This document shows positions 58,018 to 64,000 of a stretch of 64,000 bases of DNA, in pieces; position 1 is the first letter of the stretch, and each line of letters opens with the position of its first letter. The stretch is taken from the NCBI GenBank assembly GCA_963737905.1, contig CAVTUQ010000002.1, positions 384,001-448,000 of the forward strand, read 5' to 3'. Made by a program: the position numbers and the translations under genes. This DNA comes from an uncultured delta proteobacterium. GTDB lineage: Bacteria > Desulfobacterota > Binatia > UBA9968. The notes under the pieces were generated by a model. That model was given only the letters and a program-made list of their open reading frames with translations. It did not search any database and was not told the origin of the DNA.

Positions 58018-60270
58018 TCAGGCAGCAAGCGGACTATAGGTGAACGCGAGCTTCCCTTCGTTTTCGTCCACCTCGACCTTACCGCCGTTTTGTAGTCTGC
58101 CGAAGAGAATTTCGTCAGCCAAGACGCGCTTGATCTCGTTTTGAATCAACCGCGCCATCGGCCGCGCTCCAAAGGATGGATCGTAGCCTCTCTCCGCGAG
58201 CCAGCGCCGGGCCTTAATGGTGAGTTGCAAGAAAACTTTCTTCTCGTTGAGCTGGTGATCGAGCTCGATAATGAATTTATCCACCACCCGTTCGATGATT
58301 TCCATACTCAGAGAGTTGAAGTTGATCATCGCGTCGAGGCGGTTGCGGAATTCAGGGCTGAACATCTTCTCGATGGCCTCTTTGCCTTTGCCAGCGTTGG
58401 ACCGCGCGCCGAAGCCAAGCGGCGTGCCGCTCAGCTCCCGCGCGCCCGCGTTGGTGGTCATGATTAGGATGATGTTTCTAAAGTCAGCTTTTTTACCGTT
58501 GTTATCCGTAAGGGCGGCATGATCCATCACCTGGAGAAGAATATTGAACAAATCGGGATGTGCTTTCTCTATTTCATCCAAGAGTAAGACGGCATACGGA
58601 TTTCTGTTGATAGCGTCGGTCAGGAGGCCCCCCTGATCGAAGCCGACATAACCCGGAGGCGCGCCTATCAGACGGGAGACCGTGTGCTTCTCCATATATT
58701 CGCTCATGTCGAAGCGAATAAACTCAATGCCCATGATGTGCGCCAGCTGTTTGGCCAGCTCCGTCTTGCCAACACCTGTAGGGCCTGAGAAGAGGAAACA
58801 ACCGATGGGCTTCTCTGGATGGCCGAGACCTGAACGCGAAAGTCTTATCGTGCTTGTCAGCGTATCGATGGCCATATCTTGCCCGAAGACGGTTAGTTTT
58901 AAATCTCTGTCCAGATTTTGCAGTTGTTCCTTATCCGATGTCGAAACGCTCCGCGGCGGAATTTTGGCGATCTTGGCGACAATTTTTTCAACATCTTTCG
59001 CACCGATCGTCTTTTTGCGCTTGTCCGGCGGCTGGATTTTTACCGCCGCGCCAATTTCGTCGATGACGTCGATGGCTTTATCCGGCAATTTCCGATCGTT
59101 GATGTGTTTAGCCGAAAGCTGAACCGCCGCGCGAATAGCCGCGGCACTGTAGTGCACCCCATGATGCTTCTCGTAGTGCGGCTTCAACCCCTCAAGGATT
59201 TGGTAGGCTTCCTCTTGGCTGGGTTCGGAAATTTCGATTTTCTGGAAACGGCGCGCTAGGGCTCGATCTCTTTCAAAGTAGCTCTTGTAGTCATGATACG
59301 TCGTCGAACCGATGCACTTCAGCTCTCCGGAAGCGAGCGCGGGTTTTAGGATATTTGAGGCATCCATCGAACCGCCGCTGGTGGCACCGGCGCCGACGAT
59401 GGTGTGAATCTCGTCGATGAAAAGAATGGAGTTGGGGCGTTTCTTGAGACCGGCTAAAACCCCTTTCAGGCGCGCCTCAAAATCGCCGCGGAATTTCGTA
59501 CCCGCAAGTAACGCGCCCATATCGAGAGCGTAGATGACAGCGTCTTTCAGAACGTCGGGGACTTCGCCGTGATGGATTTTAAGCGCCAGACCCTCGGCCA
59601 ACGCCGTTTTTCCCACGCCGGGGTCGCCGACGTATATCGGATTATTCTTGCGCCGCCGACAGAGGACGTGAATCGTCCGTTCGATCTCGTCGTCCCGTCC
59701 GATGAGCGGGTCGATATTCCCCTGCTGAGCTTTAGCTACCAAGTTAACCGCAAAAGCTTCGAGAGGTTTGACCCGCCGGTCCGGTTTTTCTTCTTCGCTT
59801 TGCTCCTCTTCGCTCTGAGGCCACTCCTCTCCCGTGGCAATCTTTGAGATCCCGTGCGAGATGTAGTTGACAAGATCGAACCGCGTGATGCCTTGTTCTT
59901 GCAACAGGTAGACTGCGTAGGAATCCGGCTCGCGAAACATCGCGATCAATAGGTTACCCCCGTTGATCTCCTTTTTTTCTGCCGACTGGGCGTGAATCAC
60001 CGCGCGCTGCAGCACGCGATGAAAGCTGAGGGTCTGCTGCGGTTGGTGGTCCGACCCCCCTGGGAGCGCCTCCAGGTGGGTTTGAAAGAACTCCTCTAAA
60101 CCCTTCCGGAGCCGGTCGATGTCACCGCCGCAATTAATGATCGCGCCGCTAGCGTCTTTGTCTTGCAGCAACGCATAAAGGAGATGTTCCAAGCAGACAT
60201 ATTCATGACGTCTGCTCTTCGCTTCTTTCAAGGCCGTATTTAGGGTTCCTTCCAACTCCTTACTGATCAT
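58018..60270 (-). CDS. clpA: ATP-dependent Clp protease ATP-binding subunit ClpA
   Basis: Clp-N domain, GDPGVGKT, GPTGVGKTE and RFDMSEYMEKH; no ClpB middle domain. Confidence 0.96.
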   Translation of the reverse strand: MISKELEGTLNTALKEAKSRRHEYVCLEHLLYALLQDKDASGAIINCGGDIDRLRKGLEEFFQTHLEALPGGSDHQPQQTLSFHRVLQRAVIHAQSAEKKEINGGNLLIAMFREPDSYAVYLLQEQGITRFDLVNYISHGISKIATGEEWPQSEEEQSEEEKPDRRVKPLEAFAVNLVAKAQQGNIDPLIGRDDEIERTIHVLCRRRKNNPIYVGDPGVGKTALAEGLALKIHHGEVPDVLKDAVIYALDMGALLAGTKFRGDFEARLKGVLAGLKKRPNSILFIDEIHTIVGAGATSGGSMDASNILKPALASGELKCIGSTTYHDYKSYFERDRALARRFQKIEISEPSQEEAYQILEGLKPHYEKHHGVHYSAAAIRAAVQLSAKHINDRKLPDKAIDVIDEIGAAVKIQPPDKRKKTIGAKDVEKIVAKIAKIPPRSVSTSDKEQLQNLDRDLKLTVFGQDMAIDTLTSTIRLSRSGLGHPEKPIGCFLFSGPTGVGKTELAKQLAHIMGIEFIRFDMSEYMEKHTVSRLIGAPPGYVGFDQGGLLTDAINRNPYAVLLLDEIEKAHPDLFNILLQVMDHAALTDNNGKKADFRNIILIMTTNAGARELSGTPLGFGARSNAGKGKEAIEKMFSPEFRNRLDAMINFNSLSMEIIERVVDKFIIELDHQLNEKKVFLQLTIKARRWLAERGYDPSFGARPMARLIQNEIKRVLADEILFGRLQNGGKVEVDENEGKLAFTYSPLAA

Positions 60271-60271
60271 C

Positions 60272-60586
60272 CTAAGCCTCTTCCATTGTGCATTTCAGTG
60301 GATACTCGTGCTGCCGGGCCAGGCCCTCCACCAAAGTCACTTTGGTTTCCGCGATCTCATAGGTATAGACGCCGGCCACTCCAATGCCTTTTTTATGAAC
60401 ATGAAGCATGATTTGAACCGCTTCGGTATGTTCCTTGTGGAAAACATACTGCAATACCTGCACAACGAACTCCTTGGTAGTATAATCGTCATTGTGCAGT
60501 AAAACTTTGTAGAGGGGAGGTTTTTTTAGCTTTTTCTTGGTCTCGGTGACCAGCTCGTGATCGAATTCGGTTTCCCTGCGGCTCAT
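60272..60586 (-). CDS. clpS: ATP-dependent Clp protease adaptor ClpS
   Basis: PPLYKVLLHNDDYT, MLHVH and YPLKCTMEE; adjacent to clpA. Confidence 0.96.
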   Translation of the reverse strand: MSRRETEFDHELVTETKKKLKKPPLYKVLLHNDDYTTKEFVVQVLQYVFHKEHTEAVQIMLHVHKKGIGVAGVYTYEIAETKVTLVEGLARQHEYPLKCTMEEA

Positions 60587-60778
60587 GACACGGCTCCCTG
60601 GAAACGGTATATATCTAACACGCTTCTCCGCCCTGTCGCAATCCTCCACACCGGACTTATGACACAAAAAAAAATTCTACCCGCTTGTAACCGGAAGGGG
60701 GAAAAATGTTATATTGATTTATAGGCACGCCCCGCGTTATCGGGGACCGTAAGTTGCACATCTCTTGGGAGGTTTCCT

Positions 60779-61639
60779 GTGCTTTCTAACAAAGTCAGCG
60801 AGATAATGACCACGAATCTGACGGCTGCTTCGGACACGAGTTCGATCCAAGAGGTCTTAGAAATGATGGTAGCGGCGGACGTCGGGCGCATTATCGTCAC
60901 AAATAAGGAAATACCGATTGGAATCTTTACTGAAAAAGACGTTATGAAGCGGGTCGTGAACAAGAACATTGACCCTGCAAAATCATCGATCAAAGAGGTT
61001 ATGACCTCCCCGATACGGGCCGTGCGCGAGGAAACCCACATCGTCGAAGCTTTTGGCAAAATGTACAGAGGAAAATACCGCCATCTCCTGGTGCGGGGAA
61101 GGAGAGGAAAGATTGTCGGTATCGTCTCTATGCGCCGCATTCTTGTTCTTGCGGTCGAGTTGGGCCAAGGAATAAGCGAGACGAAAGCACTCGGAAGTCT
61201 TGTGTCGGGCGGGGCTTTGTCTGTGGATGAAAGCTTATCCGTTTATGACACCATCGACCTAATGATCCAGAAAGGCGTCGCTTCGATTATCGTCACGTCC
61301 TCTGGTAAACCACGGGGTATCTTTACCGAAAGGGACGTTCTTAAACGGGTCGCTGCCAAAGGGATGGACACGAAAAAGACTCAGGTGAAGCAAGTGATGA
61401 CCTCACCTCTGGTAACGATGGCCGACACAGCGCTCATTGGCGAAGGCTTGACCGAGATGTACAAGCGCGACATTAGAAACATGCCGGTTATGGCATCAGG
61501 GGGTGAACTCACGGGCATCGTCTCTATGCCCGATGTCCTCCAATATGCCGCTGCTTTCAACATTGACGAAAAGGTTCGACAAACCTGGAAGGAAGTACAG
61601 GAATACTATGATTCGGAAGATCAGTACACACCGGGCTAA
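60779..61639 (+). CDS. CBS domain protein (two CBS pairs)
   Basis: Internal duplication with GIFTEKDV/GIFTERDV, VMTSP twice and GIVSM twice. Confidence 0.9.
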   Translation: MLSNKVSEIMTTNLTAASDTSSIQEVLEMMVAADVGRIIVTNKEIPIGIFTEKDVMKRVVNKNIDPAKSSIKEVMTSPIRAVREETHIVEAFGKMYRGKYRHLLVRGRRGKIVGIVSMRRILVLAVELGQGISETKALGSLVSGGALSVDESLSVYDTIDLMIQKGVASIIVTSSGKPRGIFTERDVLKRVAAKGMDTKKTQVKQVMTSPLVTMADTALIGEGLTEMYKRDIRNMPVMASGGELTGIVSMPDVLQYAAAFNIDEKVRQTWKEVQEYYDSEDQYTPG

Positions 61640-61704
61640 CCTGTTGTCTTTTAAGAGAAATATGCTAGCATTAGAGAATTGTAAACTTTAAAGGAGGTCC
61701 CATT

Positions 61705-63537
61705 TTGGATACCGCTGCAATCAATGATTTAAACATCTGCGTCGCCACCGAGAACGGGTCGGGAAGCGCCTCCTCGAACAACGTACTCTTCAAGGCGATC
61801 TTTAAAATGGGTATTCCCTGTTCATCGAAGAATATGTTTCCATCGAACATTCAGGGCTTGCCCACCTGGTACCAAATTCGGGCTTCTGCGGAAGGCTATC
61901 TGAGCCGCAAGGACGTTATTGATGTGATGGTGATGTTCAATGACTCCACGGCCGCTAAGGACATTTACCGGGTCCGGGATGGCGGCGTGATTCTTTACGA
62001 CGATTCTACTCCTCTCCCACCTCATCTGAAACGTGACGGGGTTCAATACATAGGAGTTCCTGCCAATAAGTTAATCGCCAAGCTGGTACCCGCCTCACCC
62101 TTACGCGCCAAGCAACGTAACATGATCTACGTCGGCGCCTTGGCCTATCTCTTTGGCATCGACATGGAAGTGATAAAGGCGGTTCTCGAAGACACCTTCG
62201 GTAAAAAGCCAGCCGTCATCGAATCCAACTTAGTTTGCATCGACGCCGGATATCAATATCTGAAAGAAAAAGGGGTCACTCAAAATATTGCCCGTCTACA
62301 AGAAATCCCCAACGGTAACAAAGGGAAAATCATCACCGAGGGTAACACCGCAGCCGCATTGGGCGCAATTTACGGCGGCGCCTCGGTCATTTGTTGGTAT
62401 CCCATCACCCCATCGAGTTCCCTCGCTGAAGCGATGGAGTATTATCTGCCCCGACTGCGCAAACCCAAAGACGGTAAGCGAACCTATGCCATCGTACAGG
62501 CAGAAGATGAGATCGCGTCAGCAGGCATGGTCGCCGGCGCCGGATGGGCCGGAGCCCGCGCCATGACCTCCACTTCCGGGCCGGGGGTCTCTTTGATGAA
62601 CGAGACCATCGGCCTCGCCTACTATGCCGAGATTCCATGTGTATTTTTTATCATCCAGCGCGGCGGCCCCTCGACGGGTCTGCCGACACGGACGCAGCAG
62701 GCGGATATCTCTTTGATGTATGGCGCCTCCCACGGTGATACCCGACATATCATTTTAATCCCTCATGACATGAACTCCTGCTTTGATTTCGCGCGCCGGA
62801 GTTTCGATTTCGCCGATCGATTCCAGACGCCGGTTTTCGTGGCGATGGACCTCGACCTGGGTATGAATTTTTGGTCTTCCGAACCTCTCTATCTAGAAAA
62901 AGAACCCTACGACTACGGAAAGCGATTAAGTGCGGAACAACTTGAGGAATGGACCAAAGCCGGGAAAAAGTTCCGCCGTTACTTTGACCAGGACGGCGAC
63001 GGCATACCTTATCGGACCGTCCCCGGAAATCAGCACCGCATGGCCTCTTACTTCACACGCGGATCGGGCCACGACGCCGACGCCAAGTACTCCGAAGATG
63101 AAAATGACTATAAATACATTCTTGATCGACTGAAAAAGAAGTTTGATACCGCGCGAAAATTTGTTCCCAAGCCAATCGTCGAGAAGGAAAGAGGCGTCAA
63201 AACCGGGATTATCTGTTATGGTTCCAGCTCCGAAGCGGTGCGCGAGGCTCGCGACAGGTTAAAAACGCGGGGGTTGAAAACCAACCACATGTTAATCCGG
63301 GCTCTGCCGCTAACCAAAGAGGTCCGGGATTTCTTAGTGGAGCATGACACCGTTTACTTCGTGGAACAGAACCGCGATGCTCAAATGGCAGCAATCATCA
63401 AAGATGAAAATCCCGAGTTGGGAGCGAAGATTGTCAGTATACTCGTTTACAACGGTTTACCGATAACCCCAAAATCGGTTGTGGACCAGATTTTCGATGC
63501 GGCACAGTCAGCCGAACTAAAAACCGCACAGATGTAA
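61705..63537 (+). CDS. korA: 2-oxoacid:acceptor oxidoreductase subunit alpha
   Basis: NGSGSAS, PSNIQGLPTWY, YPITPSS, QAEDE, TSGPG and QRGGPSTGLPTRTQQ. AAGGAGG RBS and TTG start. Confidence 0.92.
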   Translation: MDTAAINDLNICVATENGSGSASSNNVLFKAIFKMGIPCSSKNMFPSNIQGLPTWYQIRASAEGYLSRKDVIDVMVMFNDSTAAKDIYRVRDGGVILYDDSTPLPPHLKRDGVQYIGVPANKLIAKLVPASPLRAKQRNMIYVGALAYLFGIDMEVIKAVLEDTFGKKPAVIESNLVCIDAGYQYLKEKGVTQNIARLQEIPNGNKGKIITEGNTAAALGAIYGGASVICWYPITPSSSLAEAMEYYLPRLRKPKDGKRTYAIVQAEDEIASAGMVAGAGWAGARAMTSTSGPGVSLMNETIGLAYYAEIPCVFFIIQRGGPSTGLPTRTQQADISLMYGASHGDTRHIILIPHDMNSCFDFARRSFDFADRFQTPVFVAMDLDLGMNFWSSEPLYLEKEPYDYGKRLSAEQLEEWTKAGKKFRRYFDQDGDGIPYRTVPGNQHRMASYFTRGSGHDADAKYSEDENDYKYILDRLKKKFDTARKFVPKPIVEKERGVKTGIICYGSSSEAVREARDRLKTRGLKTNHMLIRALPLTKEVRDFLVEHDTVYFVEQNRDAQMAAIIKDENPELGAKIVSILVYNGLPITPKSVVDQIFDAAQSAELKTAQM

Positions 63538-63547
63538 GGATAGAATC

Positions 63548-64000
63548 ATGGCAGAAGCAAAACTAAATCGGATTAACCTAACGGAAAAGGATTATGAAGG
63601 GGCGCCCTCGACTATGTGCCGAGGCTGCGGCCACGACGCGATTTCAGCGTCGGTCATGCGCGCGTATTTCGAAAACAGCATTGATCCTCGCAAGGTGGTT
63701 AAATTGAGTGGTATCGGCTGTTCCTCGAAAACGCCCGCCTATTTTCTGAGTCAATCATTCGGCTTTAATGCCGTTCACGGGAGAATGTCAGCCGTTGCAA
63801 CCGGCGCCAATCTGGCCAACCACGCGTTGATGCCTATAGGAGTTTCCGGCGATGGAGACACCTCTGCTATTGGCTTGGGCAACTTTTGCCACATGATGCG
63901 GCGTAACGTGAATATCACTTACATCATAGAGAATAATGGCGTTTACGGACTAACCAAAGGCCAATTTTCCGCCACTGCTGATGTCGGGTCCGTCATGAAA
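63548..64000 (+). CDS. korB: 2-oxoacid:ferredoxin oxidoreductase subunit beta (partial, runs off window)
   Basis: Read manually: MAEAKLNRI...CRGCGHD...SGIGCSSK...HGR...SGDGD...ENNGVYGLTKGQFS. Confidence 0.93.
   Translation, partial: MAEAKLNRINLTEKDYEGAPSTMCRGCGHDAISASVMRAYFENSIDPRKVVKLSGIGCSSKTPAYFLSQSFGFNAVHGRMSAVATGANLANHALMPIGVSGDGDTSAIGLGNFCHMMRRNVNITYIIENNGVYGLTKGQFSATADVGSVMK

Overview
Bacterial chromosomal window. Gene content suggests a deltaproteobacterium-like organism, probably Candidatus Binatia/Binatota (inference from pilMNOPQ-aroCKBQ, priA-def-fmt-rsmB, clpSA, korAB and many stand-alone NMT1/TauA-type binding proteins). From left to right it contains: (1) catabolic-type genes (class II aldolase, TcuA-like flavoprotein, binding proteins, VOC, RCK-DHH phosphoesterase); (2) an uncharacterised operon of a B12-radical SAM enzyme, an SDR, an FAD oxidoreductase and a heme-oxygenase-like diiron enzyme; (3) an 11.6 kb non-canonical undecaprenyl-phosphate amino-sugar modification cluster (two ArnT-like, GT2, DegT, Gfo/Idh/MocA, AsnB, UppP, two DedA-family) bracketed by a 23/24-bp inverted repeat that overlaps the start codons of its two outermost genes; (4) a tatA / two DxxGxG-repeat (CglD-like) proteins / TonB / ExbB / ExbD operon converging on a secreted VWA protein, with no TonB-dependent receptor or TolB/Pal in the window; (5) housekeeping aro, pil, priA, def, fmt, rsmB and tRNA-Pro(CGG); (6) an accessory-looking block after the tRNA with an orphan histidine kinase and a cysD-cysNC / kinase / sulfotransferase sulfation module; (7) an M48 peptidase, clpAS, a CBS protein and korAB. 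Several genes carry isolated 1-nt frameshifts that look like sequencing errors. No CRISPR array, rRNA, transposase or integrase was seen.
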